From NCBI GenBank assembly GCA_963771175.1, contig CAVYSY010000039.1, positions 192,001 through 256,000 of the forward strand: a stretch of DNA of 64,000 bases, in the 5' to 3' direction. Each line of letters opens with the position of its first letter. Position 1 is the first letter of the stretch. This DNA is from an uncultured delta proteobacterium (lineage in GTDB: Bacteria; Myxococcota; Myxococcia; Myxococcales; Myxococcaceae). Shown piece after piece: positions 21,944 to 31,129 of this stretch. Both the position numbers and the translations under genes were made by a program. Below the pieces are notes generated by a model, which was not told where the DNA came from, did no database searches, and worked only from the letters and a program-made list of their open reading frames with translations.

Positions 21944-21990
21944 AAAGCCCCCAACGACGCACCCCCTTAAAGACGCAGCCGTCGAGAGAT

Positions 21991-22419
21991 TTGGTGGTCA
22001 TCACCCACCCGCTCCATCCGTTCGTGGGTCGCGCATTCCCCGTGCAGCAGCGCCTGCGCTACCTCGGCCGCCCCAGCGTCGTGCTGCTGTTTCCCGACGG
22101 CCGTCTCGCGAGGGTTCCGGAGGATTGGACGGACCTGCGGCCCAGGCCCCCACCGCTCGAGCTCCGAGGGAAATGTCCGAAGCTGCACCCTGAATCGCTC
22201 CGCGAGCTGAGTGCCCTTCTCGATGACTTGAGGCATAGGTCTCAGCTCCATGACCAGGAAGGTAGTGCGTCGGACGAGAAGCGCCAAGGGCCGGTCATCG
22301 CCGGGCGCGCTCTACGCCGCACTCCCCGCGGCGGCCCGGCACGAGCTGCTGGGCGTACTGGCCGACGTGCTGCTCAAGGCCGTCACCAAGGCTCCCGCCG
22401 GAAGCGAGGCAAGCGATGA
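21991..22419 (+). CDS. DUF5372-like (Y4bD/Y4pK-like) small protein; no ATG in the integrated state
   Basis: ITHPLHPFVGRAF...VPEDWTDL; frame closed upstream by TGA at 21931-21933. Confidence 0.65.
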   Translation: MVVITHPLHPFVGRAFPVQQRLRYLGRPSVVLLFPDGRLARVPEDWTDLRPRPPPLELRGKCPKLHPESLRELSALLDDLRHRSQLHDQEGSASDEKRQGPVIAGRALRRTPRGGPARAAGRTGRRAAQGRHQGSRRKRGKR

Positions 22420-22588
22420 CCACCAAGATTCGGCCAGAGCACCTGGCCAGACCCGCGCTGGTGTACATCCGCCAGTCCACCCTGTTGCAGGTCCACGAGC
22501 ACCGGGAGTCGACCGAGCGCCAGTACGCCCTGGTGGAGCTGGCCAAGAAACTCGGCTGGGACGCCACCCAGGTCGAGGTCATCGATGA
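22250..22588 (+). CDS. Small helical ORF overlapping the recombinase start
   Basis: AALPAAARHELLGVLADVLL helix; resembles ORFs preceding this recombinase class. Confidence 0.4.
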   Translation: MTRKVVRRTRSAKGRSSPGALYAALPAAARHELLGVLADVLLKAVTKAPAGSEASDDHQDSARAPGQTRAGVHPPVHPVAGPRAPGVDRAPVRPGGAGQETRLGRHPGRGHR

Positions 22589-24784
22589 GGACCTGGGTCA
22601 GAGCGGTGCCAGTGCCGCCCGGCGCAAGGGCTTCCAGCGGCTGACGGCCGAGGTCAGCCTCGGCAAGGTGGGCGCCGTCTTGTCGCTGGAGGTGTCACGA
22701 CTGGCGCGCTCCTCGTCCGATTGGCACCGGCTGCTGGATTTGTGCGCGCTCTCCGACACGCTCATCATCGACGACGATGGCGTCTACGACGCCAACGACT
22801 TCAACGACCGGCTGGTGCTGGGCATGAAGGGCACCATGAGTGACGCCGAGCGCCACTCCATGCGCCTGCGCCTGCAAGGCGGCATCCTGCACAAGGCGAA
22901 GAAGGGCGAGCTCGTCTATCCCCCGCCCACTGGCTACGTCTTCGAGGACGGTGCGCTCGTCTTCGACCCCGACGAGCAGGTGCAGAAAGCCATCCGTCTC
23001 CTCTTCGAGCGCTTCCGCCTGGAAGGCAGTGTCAGCGGCGCCGTGCGCTACTTCACCCGCAACAAACTGCTCTTCCCCTCACGCCATGCTCACCGGGGCG
23101 CTCCGGCGGAAATTCGCTGGCACGCGCTGGACGTCCCGCGTGCCGTGTCCATCCTGCGCAATCCGGTGTACGCCGGAGCCTACGCCTGGGGCCGCAATCG
23201 CGACCGGCGCGTCCTCGTCGAAGGAGAGGTGCGACGCAAGCACGAGACGCTCCAGGAGCCGGAGCAGTGGCATGCGTTCCTGCGCGATGCGCACCCCGCG
23301 TACATCTCCTGGGAGCAGTACCTGGAGAACTTGAAGCGCCTCGAAGACAACGCCGTCAGAGGGGCGCATGTGCGTGGCCGAGGTGCGCCACGCGGAGGTC
23401 CGGCGCTGCTCCAGGGGCTGGTGCTGTGCGGCAAGTGTGGCCGGCGGATGCACCCGGTCTACTCCGTCGCCGACGACCCCAGCTACCAGTGCAGCCGGCG
23501 CCTGTACGGCGAGGGCAACTGCTGGTCCACGGTCGCGCGCCGCATTGACGACAAGATAGTCGAGACCCTGCTGACGGCTTTCGCCCCGCCCGAATTGGAC
23601 CTGTCGCTGGCGGTCCTCAAGGAGGTGGAGCGGCAGGCCGAGGAGGTCAACCGCCAGTGGAAGCTGCGCCTGGAGCGGGTGCGCTACGAGGCCCAGCGCG
23701 CCGAGCGCCAGTACAACGCCGTGGAGCCGGAGAATCGCGTGGTGGCCCGCACGCTGGAGTCGCGCTGGAACCAGAAGCTCGAGGAGCTCGCGCGGGTCGA
23801 GCATGAGTACGAGCAGGCCAGGAGCACGAGTCCGCTGGAACTCTCGGACAAGGACAAGAAGAAGATACTGGCGCTGGCGGGCGACCTGCCCGGGCTGTGG
23901 AACGCGCCGACCACGACCAACTCGGACAAGAAGCGGATACTGCGGCTGCTCATCCAGGAGGTGGTGCTCTCGCCGGTGGACGTGCCAAAGCGGGCCACTC
24001 GCATCCGCATCCTCTGGAAGACGGGAGCCATCACCGAGTTGCAAACGCCTCGGCCCACGTTTTCTGAATCCAGAAGGACGCCACCCCAGGTCATCGCCGA
24101 GATTCGCAAGCTCGCCAGGAAGCATTACAGCGATCCGCAGATAGCAGAGGAGCTCAACCGGGGTGGCTTGAAGAGCGGCCTGCGTCACGCCTTCACCCGC
24201 CGCCTGGTGGCGGGCATTCGCAAGCGACAGGGCATTCGTGCTGGACGAACTGCTGGAGGATTCAGCATCCGGGCGCCCGAGCGCGACGAGCAGGGGCTTT
24301 ATTCCATCCGCGGTCTGATCGCGCATTTCGGAGTGACGGCCCCCATGGTCCACTACTGGGTCAACCGCGGCCTGATCACCCCCGTGCACAGCCGCACGCC
24401 CATACACAAATGGAACAAGGAGCCCTTCTGGTTCGAGATGACGCCCGAATTGGAGGCGCTCCTGGCCAAGGCGCGCGACCAGGGCTACGCAGCCGGGCAA
24501 GCCGCCGCATCCGCGGTCACAGTGGCCATCCGCGCCCGCCGGCTCGTCTGCCGGACGGCCGCTACTCCACGCGCGGTCTCGTCGAGAAGTACGGAGTAAC
24601 CTGGGACACCGTGCGGTACTGGATAAAGAAGGGCATCCTCACGCCCGAGCGCGCTCTACCGAAGGGCAATTTCTGCTTCCGGCTGACCCACGAGGTGGAG
24701 CGGCACATCCAGGCCGCCCTTGCTCGAAAACGGACGCCACGCGGTCCCACGCAGCACCACCATCATCACCTCCATTCCCGCTAA
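22416..24784 (+). CDS. Large serine recombinase (resolvase, recombinase, Zn ribbon, coiled coil, tandem HTH); frameshift near 24500-24530
   Basis: ALVYIRQST catalytic Ser, EVSRLARS, ILRNPVYAG, LLQGLVLCGKCG, AERQYNAVEPENRVVARTLE. Confidence 0.9.
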
Positions 24785-24810
24785 CACAGGTGTCCTGATG
24801 CAGGTTCCGG

Positions 24811-25449
24811 GGCCAGCAAGAGCGCCATGTACGTCGCGATCGCGAGGCTGACGGTCGCCAGCACCCGCGTGGGGTCGAGCATGGCCCGCACTTCCGCGCC
24901 CACTCCTTCCAGTGCCGGTCCCACCGCCAGGGCCAGGGCAATGCTGCGCTTGTCGTCGGCTTGCAGAAAGGGACCGTCTTCCAACAGCGTCAGACAATCA
25001 CTGGGAGTGCCGCGCCGCTCGCAATAACCCCCATACGACGTCAACAGCTCCGATTGCCCTGCATCTCCACCCGAGCCGCCGGTGCCCGGCGCCAGCCTGC
25101 CGCCATGTTGCACGGGGGCGGAGGAGGCCACCCGCAGCGGAATGTTGAGCACCAGCGTCGCCAGGGCGGCATGGAACTCCGCGTCCCCAATCCGCACCGG
25201 TTCGAAGTCCGTGGGCAACCTGGCGAAGACGAGCACGCCGTTGTCCACCTCATCGCTCCGTGCCGCCGTTCGCTCCTTCGTCTCCAGGGACTCCCGAGGT
25301 GTTGGCCACTGGTCGCGATACGTCGTCAGCCGTCCACCCGGGTGCGCCCCCGTGGAACACGCCCCCAGGAGCACCAGCCCAACTAGAGCCAGCGCGCCCA
25401 CGCGAGAGCACGGTCGCTCACCAAAGGGGGGCAGATGATGAGTAGACAT
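24811..25449 (-). CDS. SitA5-type toxin lipoprotein, N-terminal part
   Basis: Lipobox LLGAC; YGGYCERRGTPSDCLTLL, DDKRSIALALA, YMALLLAP; AGGAGAGG RBS. Confidence 0.8.
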
Positions 25450-25935
25450 GGCCGCACCTCTCCTGGCGAGTCGTACGAGCTGAAACGCGCCGCTTATCCG
25501 AGGGGCCAGATGACAAGTGGTCGAGGTGCTCCCTGTCAAGCCGTCGGGACTGGTGGGGAGTCGGGTCGGTTATTCGAGTCACCCACTACGAACCACCACG
25601 GTCCGTGAGCAACTCGTGAGGAGTTCCGGCGTTCCGCGTCGCGCGCCAGGCTCGAGCGAAACCGCCCGAGACCACGAAGCGGGGAAACGTCACCCACTGC
25701 TCGACGAAGATCCGCGCCAGGACGTCGAAGGGGCCACGGAAGGGCACCGGCGCTGTCATTTCGAGACGGTGACCGCGACCCTGGAGTGCTCCCGCCAGGC
25801 CCTCGCGTGGCCAGCAGCGGCGGCCATACCGGCAAGGGCACTCCAGAGGTGACGCGAGGGGCTCCAGTGATGCGCACGCCTACATCGTACACCCATGAGA
25901 GTGCGCGGCAGTCGCCCCTTCGCGTCCACTCCGTG

Positions 25936-25983
25936 TTGCATTCGTGTCCATTCGACACTATGTTGGTGTACACAAAACACCAA
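25936..25983 (+). promoter_or_regulatory. Sigma70-like promoter overlapped by two NrtR-type GT-N7-AC palindromes
   Basis: TTGCAT-N17-TATGTT; GTGTccattcgACAC (25944-25958); TTGGTGTacacaaaACACCAA (25963-25983). Confidence 0.7.
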
Positions 25984-26000
25984 TAAGACGGAGAAGGACC

Positions 26001-26978
26001 ATGAGCATCCGGTACATGAAGGCGCCGCCGACGACGTACGTGATGCAGTTCAAGGACGGACGGGTGAAGCGCGAGGGGCCGGGCCTCTCCTTCTTCTACT
26101 GGGCGCCCACCACCACCGTGGTGTCCGTGCCGCTCGCCAGCTCGGACGTGCCCTTCGTCTTCAACGAGGTGACGCAGGACTTCCAGGCCGTCACCCTCCA
26201 GGGGCAGCTCACCTACCGGGTGGCCGACCCCAAGCTGCTCTCGGGGCTGCTGGACTACTCGGTGAAGCCCTCGGGCGAGTACGTGTCTGAGGACCCCTCG
26301 AAGCTGGAGGAGCGACTCGTCCAGTTGGCCCAGGTGCGCGCCCGCACGGTGGTGCAGTCCATGCCCCTGCGCGAGGTGCTGGTGCAGGCGGCCACCATCG
26401 AGGGCAAGGTGCTCGCGGCGCTCCGTGAGACGGAGGCGGTGAGGATGCTGGGCGTGGAGGTGCAGGGCTTCGCGCTCCTCTCGGCGCGCCCCACCCCGGA
26501 GATGGCTCGGGCCCTGGAGGCCGAGGCGCGCGAGGCCCTCCAGCGGCGCGCGGACGAGGCCATCTACGCCCGCCGCAACGCCGCCGTGGAGCAGGAGCGG
26601 CGCATCAAGGAGAGCGAGATCGCCACCGAGCTGTCCGTGGAGGCCGGCAAGCGGCAGATCCGCGAGGCGCAGATCGCCGCGGACATCGCCGTGGAGGAGC
26701 AGCGCTCGTCCTTCATGGAGCGCTGGAGCGAGAACGAGCGCAAGGCCGCCGAGGCCAAGGCCTACGCGCTGGAGAAGACGCTCGCCCCGGTGCGAGACAT
26801 GGACTGGAAGGTGCTCATGGCGGCGGCCGGCGGCGGGAACGATCCCAAGCTGAACATCGCGCTCGCCTTCCGCGAGATGGCGGAGAACGCGGGGAAGATC
26901 GGCGAGCTGAACGTGTCCCCGGACCTGCTGCGCTCGCTGCTCTCGGCCCCGTCGGGCAACCAGGGTCGTCATGGCTGA
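26001..26978 (+). CDS. SPFH/band 7 domain protein
   Basis: GLSFFYWAP, TQDFQAVTLQGQLTYRV, coiled coil AVEQERRIKESE. Confidence 0.85.
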   Translation: MSIRYMKAPPTTYVMQFKDGRVKREGPGLSFFYWAPTTTVVSVPLASSDVPFVFNEVTQDFQAVTLQGQLTYRVADPKLLSGLLDYSVKPSGEYVSEDPSKLEERLVQLAQVRARTVVQSMPLREVLVQAATIEGKVLAALRETEAVRMLGVEVQGFALLSARPTPEMARALEAEAREALQRRADEAIYARRNAAVEQERRIKESEIATELSVEAGKRQIREAQIAADIAVEEQRSSFMERWSENERKAAEAKAYALEKTLAPVRDMDWKVLMAAAGGGNDPKLNIALAFREMAENAGKIGELNVSPDLLRSLLSAPSGNQGRHG

Positions 26979-27897
26979 GTACGAGAAGATCGTCCTCGTC
27001 ACCCGGAAGACGCGGCTCGCCGAGCTGGTGGAGCGGTTCAACACGCGCTCGCAGGCGCGCTTCTACCTGGAGCACGCCGGCCAGGACTTCGAGGACTACG
27101 CGCAGGAGGATGACACCTACCGGAAGGCCCTGGACGGGCTGCGGGGGATGCTGGACTTCGGCCTGCCGGTGCAGCAGGTGGACCGGGCGCTGGTGCCCAC
27201 CTTCCTCTTCACCGGCAAGGAGCTGGTGGTGACGGTGGGCCAGGACGGACTGGTGGCCAACGTGGCTAAGTACGTGGGGTCGCAGCCCCTCGTCGGCGTC
27301 AATCCGGACCCGGCGCGCATCGATGGCGTGCTGCTGCCCTTCGGCGTGGACTCGGCCCGGGTGGCGGTACGCCACGTGCTGGAGGAGCGCGCCCGCTTCC
27401 GCGAGGTGACGCTCGCCGAGGCGGTGTTGAGCGACGGCCAGCGGCTGCTCGGGTTCAACGACCTGTTCCTCGGGGCGCGCACCCACGTCTCCGCCCGCTA
27501 CACCCTGCACTACGAGCGCCGCGCCGAGTCCCAGTCCTCCAGCGGCATCATCGTCTCCACGGGAGCGGGCTCGAGCGGCTGGCTGTCCTCGGTGTTCACG
27601 TTGGCCCGAGGGCTCACGGCGGCCACCGGAGGCACGCCGGGCGAGACCTGGCGGCTCGCATGGGAGGACCCACGGTTGGCCTTCGTGGTGCGCGAGCCCT
27701 TCATCAGCCGGCACTCGGCGGCGAGCATGGTGGGCGGGTTCGTCAGCACGGAGACGGAACTGCAAGTGGAGTCCCGGATGCCCACGGGGGGCGTCATCTT
27801 CAGCGACGGAGTGGAGGAGGACTTCCTCGCCTTCAACGCGGGCACCACGGCCCGGGTGCGTCCGGCCGCCCAGCGTGCCCGGCTCGTCGTTCACTGA
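26971..27897 (+). CDS. NAD kinase-like protein
   Basis: VGQDGLVAN, GVNPDP, FNDLF, SSGIIVSTGAGSSGW. Confidence 0.8.
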   Translation: MAEYEKIVLVTRKTRLAELVERFNTRSQARFYLEHAGQDFEDYAQEDDTYRKALDGLRGMLDFGLPVQQVDRALVPTFLFTGKELVVTVGQDGLVANVAKYVGSQPLVGVNPDPARIDGVLLPFGVDSARVAVRHVLEERARFREVTLAEAVLSDGQRLLGFNDLFLGARTHVSARYTLHYERRAESQSSSGIIVSTGAGSSGWLSSVFTLARGLTAATGGTPGETWRLAWEDPRLAFVVREPFISRHSAASMVGGFVSTETELQVESRMPTGGVIFSDGVEEDFLAFNAGTTARVRPAAQRARLVVH

Positions 27898-27920
27898 AGA
27901 CACAGTCGAGGGGTGACGGA

Positions 27921-30900
27921 TCAGCCCGGGGGCGCGGACGCGAGCGCCTCCAGTTGCTGCACCTTCACGTTCGTCACCTTCCCTGTCTTCTCCAGCGTCC
28001 CCTGCCCCACCAGGAACAGCGCGCCGTGGATGTCCTTGCGGAACCGCGCGTACATGTCCGGCGGCACCACCAGGTTCGCGATCCCCGTCTCGTCCTCCAG
28101 CGACAGGAAGCAGAACCCCTTCGCCGTCGGCGGCATCTGCCGGCAGATGAGCATCCCGCCCACCGCCACCCGAGCCCCCGCTCGCACCCGCTCCAGCCCC
28201 GCCGCCGTCACCGCGCCCCGCTTGCGCAGCATCGGCCGCAGCAGCTCCAGCGGGTGCTTCTCCAGCGACACGCCCACCGTCTCGAAGTCCTTGCTCACCC
28301 GCTCCGCCACGTTCATCTGTGGCAGCGCCACCTCCGTCCCGTCCATCGCCATCCCGAAGAACAGGTCCATCTCCTCCAGCGGGCCCAGCGCCTGGATCTC
28401 CCACAGGGCGTCCCGCCGAGAGCCGCTGAGGCTCCCCAGCGCCCCCGCCAGCGCCAGCCGCGCCAGCTCGTGCCGGGGCGCCCGCGTCCTCCGCGCCAGC
28501 TCTCCGATGCTCGAGTACCGCTGGCCCTGCCTCAAGGTCTCCACCCGCCGCCCCGCCGCCTCCTGGAGCCCTCGCACCATCCGCAGCCCCAGTCGCAGCG
28601 CCCCACCCTCCTCCAGCGTGCAGTCCCACCCTGAGTGGTTCACGTCCACGTTCAGCACTCGCACCCCGTGCCGCTGCGCGTCCGCCACCAGCGTGTGCGG
28701 CGCGTAGAAGCCCATCGGCTGTGAGTTCAGCAGCGCCGCCGTGAAGGCCGCCGGGTAGTGGCACTTCAGCCAGGACGACGCGTACGCCAGCAGCGCGAAG
28801 CTCGCCGAGTGGCTCTCCGGGAAGCCGTAGTGCGCGAACCCGCGGAACTGGCGGAACAGCGTGTCCACGTACTCGGGCGTGTACCCCCGCGCCACTCCGC
28901 CCTCCACGAAGCGCTGGTGGAAGGGTCCCAGCCTCTCCTCCGCTCGCTTGTGGGACAGCGCCCGGCGCAGCCCGTCCGCCTCCGCCGGCGAGAAGCCCGC
29001 CACCGCCATCGCCAGCTTCATCGCCTGCTCCTGGAAGAGCGGCACCCCCAGCGTCTTCTGGAGGATCTTCCGCACGTCCTCCGACGGGTACTCCACCGGC
29101 TCCCGCCCCTCCCGCCTCCGCAGGTACGGGTGCACCATGTCCCCGACAATCGGCCCCGGGCGGATGAGCGCGATCTCCACCACCAGGTCGTAGAAGCACC
29201 GCGGCTTCAGCCTCGGCAGCATGTTCATCTGCGCCCGGCTCTCGATCTGGAACACCCCGATCGAGTCCGCGTTGCACAGCATCTCGTAGACCTGGGGGTC
29301 CTCCGCCGGAATCGTGGCCAGCGTCAGCTCGCGCCCGTAGTGCTCCTTGATGAACGTCAGGCACTTCGCCAGCGCCGTCAGCATCCCGAGCCCCAGCAGG
29401 TCCACCTTCAGGACGCCCACCGCCTCCAGGTCGTCCTTCTCCCACTGCACCACCGTGCGGCCCTTCATCGCCGCGTTCTCCACCGGGATCATCTCCACCA
29501 GTGGCTCGCGCGTGATCACGAACCCGCCCACGTGGATGGAGAGGTGCCTCGGGCAGCTCTCGATCTCCTGCGCCAGCGCGAGCGTCTGCCGCACCCGCCG
29601 GTCCTCCTCCGACAGCCCCACCTCCTTCAGCAGCTCGGTCGACATCTCGCCGCCGTGCGAGCCCGCCACCTTCGCCAGCCGGTCCACCTGGTCCAATGAC
29701 AGCCCGAGCGCCTTCCCCACCTCGCGCAGCGCCAGCCGCCCCCGGTAGCAGATGACCTCGCACACCATCCCCGCCCGGTGCCGGCCGTGCTTCTCGTAGA
29801 CGTACTGAAGGACCTCCTCGCGCCGCTCGTGCTCGAAGTCCACGTCGATGTCCGGCGGCTCCTTGCGCTCCATGCTCAGGAAGCGCTCGAAGAGCAGCCC
29901 CATCCGCACCGGATCGATCGCCGTGACTCCCAGCGCGTAGCAGACCGCCGAGTTCGCCGCGCTCCCTCGCCCCTGGCACAGAATCCCCCGCGAGCGCGCG
30001 TACCGGACGATGTCCCAGATGGCCAGGAAGTATCCCGCGAAGTCCAGCGCCGCGATGAGCTTCAGCTCGTGCTCGATCTGCTTCACCACCTCGGGTGGGA
30101 CGCCTCCCGGGTAGCGCACCTGGAGCCCCTGGTACGTCAGCTCGCGCAGCCACGTCGCCGTCGAGTGTCCCGGCGGTAAGTCCTCCTCCGAGAAGTGGTA
30201 GCGCAGCCCATCCAGCGTCGCGTGGCAGCGGCTCGCCAGCTCCAGCGTGCGCTCCAGCGCCTCGGGGCAGTCCGCGAACAGCCGCGCCATCTCCTCGGGC
30301 CCCTTCAGCGTCCGCTCCGCGTTGGGCAGCCGCCGCGTCCCGAGCTGCCCCAGCGTCGTCTTGTGCCGGATGGCCGTGAGCACGTCCTGCAGCGGCTGGC
30401 GGCTCCGGTGGTGCGTGTGCACGTCGTTGTGCGCGCACAGCGGCGCCCCGAGTGCCTTCGCCAGCGCCCGCGATTGGGCCACCCGCGCCTCGTCCCCCGA
30501 GGACAACGAGCGGCTCACGCCCACGTAGAAGCGCTCCGGGAAGGCCTCGGCCAGTGGGGCCACCTTCTCCGCGGACACCGGGTGCGGCAGGAGCGCCAGC
30601 AGGCCCTGGTTGCCCTCCGCCAGCTCACGCCAGGGCAGGCCCGCCTCGCCCTTCGGGTGCATCATCCGGCTCTTGGAGATGAGCCGGCTCAGGTTCGCGT
30701 AGCCCGCCGCGTCCTGCGCGTACACCACCACGCTCGGGCCATCCATGAGCGTCAGCTCGCTGGCCAACAGGAACTTGATGCCCGCCTCCCTCGCCGCGAG
30801 GTGCGCCTTCACCGCCCCGTACAGTCCGTCCCCGTCCGCCAGCGCCACCGCGGCCAGCCCCTGAGCCGCCGCTGCCTGGATCAGTTCCTCGGGGTGCGAG

Positions 30901-30959
30901 GCCCCGCGCAGAAACGAAAAATTCGAGCGGCAGACGAGCTCGGCGTACACGCTCGCCAC
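27921..30959 (-). CDS. dnaE2: Error-prone DNA polymerase DnaE2 (ImuC)
   Basis: SNFSFLRGASHPEEL, GRGSAANS, EPPDIDVDFEH, YGFPESHSASF, C-terminal OB fold. Confidence 0.95.
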   Translation of the reverse strand: MASVYAELVCRSNFSFLRGASHPEELIQAAAAQGLAAVALADGDGLYGAVKAHLAAREAGIKFLLASELTLMDGPSVVVYAQDAAGYANLSRLISKSRMMHPKGEAGLPWRELAEGNQGLLALLPHPVSAEKVAPLAEAFPERFYVGVSRSLSSGDEARVAQSRALAKALGAPLCAHNDVHTHHRSRQPLQDVLTAIRHKTTLGQLGTRRLPNAERTLKGPEEMARLFADCPEALERTLELASRCHATLDGLRYHFSEEDLPPGHSTATWLRELTYQGLQVRYPGGVPPEVVKQIEHELKLIAALDFAGYFLAIWDIVRYARSRGILCQGRGSAANSAVCYALGVTAIDPVRMGLLFERFLSMERKEPPDIDVDFEHERREEVLQYVYEKHGRHRAGMVCEVICYRGRLALREVGKALGLSLDQVDRLAKVAGSHGGEMSTELLKEVGLSEEDRRVRQTLALAQEIESCPRHLSIHVGGFVITREPLVEMIPVENAAMKGRTVVQWEKDDLEAVGVLKVDLLGLGMLTALAKCLTFIKEHYGRELTLATIPAEDPQVYEMLCNADSIGVFQIESRAQMNMLPRLKPRCFYDLVVEIALIRPGPIVGDMVHPYLRRREGREPVEYPSEDVRKILQKTLGVPLFQEQAMKLAMAVAGFSPAEADGLRRALSHKRAEERLGPFHQRFVEGGVARGYTPEYVDTLFRQFRGFAHYGFPESHSASFALLAYASSWLKCHYPAAFTAALLNSQPMGFYAPHTLVADAQRHGVRVLNVDVNHSGWDCTLEEGGALRLGLRMVRGLQEAAGRRVETLRQGQRYSSIGELARRTRAPRHELARLALAGALGSLSGSRRDALWEIQALGPLEEMDLFFGMAMDGTEVALPQMNVAERVSKDFETVGVSLEKHPLELLRPMLRKRGAVTAAGLERVRAGARVAVGGMLICRQMPPTAKGFCFLSLEDETGIANLVVPPDMYARFRKDIHGALFLVGQGTLEKTGKVTNVKVQQLEALASAPPG

Positions 30960-30963
30960 CCTA

Positions 30964-30980
30964 CTGAGCAGCCGTTCAGG
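30964..30980. promoter_or_regulatory. Myxobacterial LexA-box-like site upstream of dnaE2
   Basis: CTGAGCAGCCGTTCAGG vs M. xanthus consensus CTRHAMRYBYGTTCAGS (2 mismatches). Confidence 0.6.
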
Positions 30981-31129
30981 CGGAAGGTCCGCCCCAGTAG
31001 GTATGTTGATCCTACCGGCCGTGTCACGTCACCGCCGAAGTGGGATCGAACAGCGTGACCTTCTCGCGGTCAGCACCACGGAGTCACGTTGACTTCCCCC
31101 AAGCGCGGGCCAAGCATGCGGCGTCCTCG

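Larger units (their letters stand above)
21944..24810 (+). mobile_element. Large serine recombinase integrative element (~2867 bp) inserted in the toxin gene
   Basis: Junctions GGCTCGGG (21936-21943) and GGTTCCGG (24803-24810); removal restores the toxin frame; contains DUF5372-like ORF, a small ORF and a recombinase. Confidence 0.85.

Noticed and set aside
21944..24810. Prophage or DDE-type IS
   Set aside because: No phage genes, DDE motif, terminal inverted repeats or target duplication
25540..25930. Possible ncRNA or ORF in the toxin-SPFH intergenic region
   Set aside because: No recognisable structure or convincing coding signal
26815..30438. 1207-aa ORF and many other long Arg/Ala/Gly/Pro-rich ORFs
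   Set aside because: Shadow frames of real genes in high-GC DNA; no motifs
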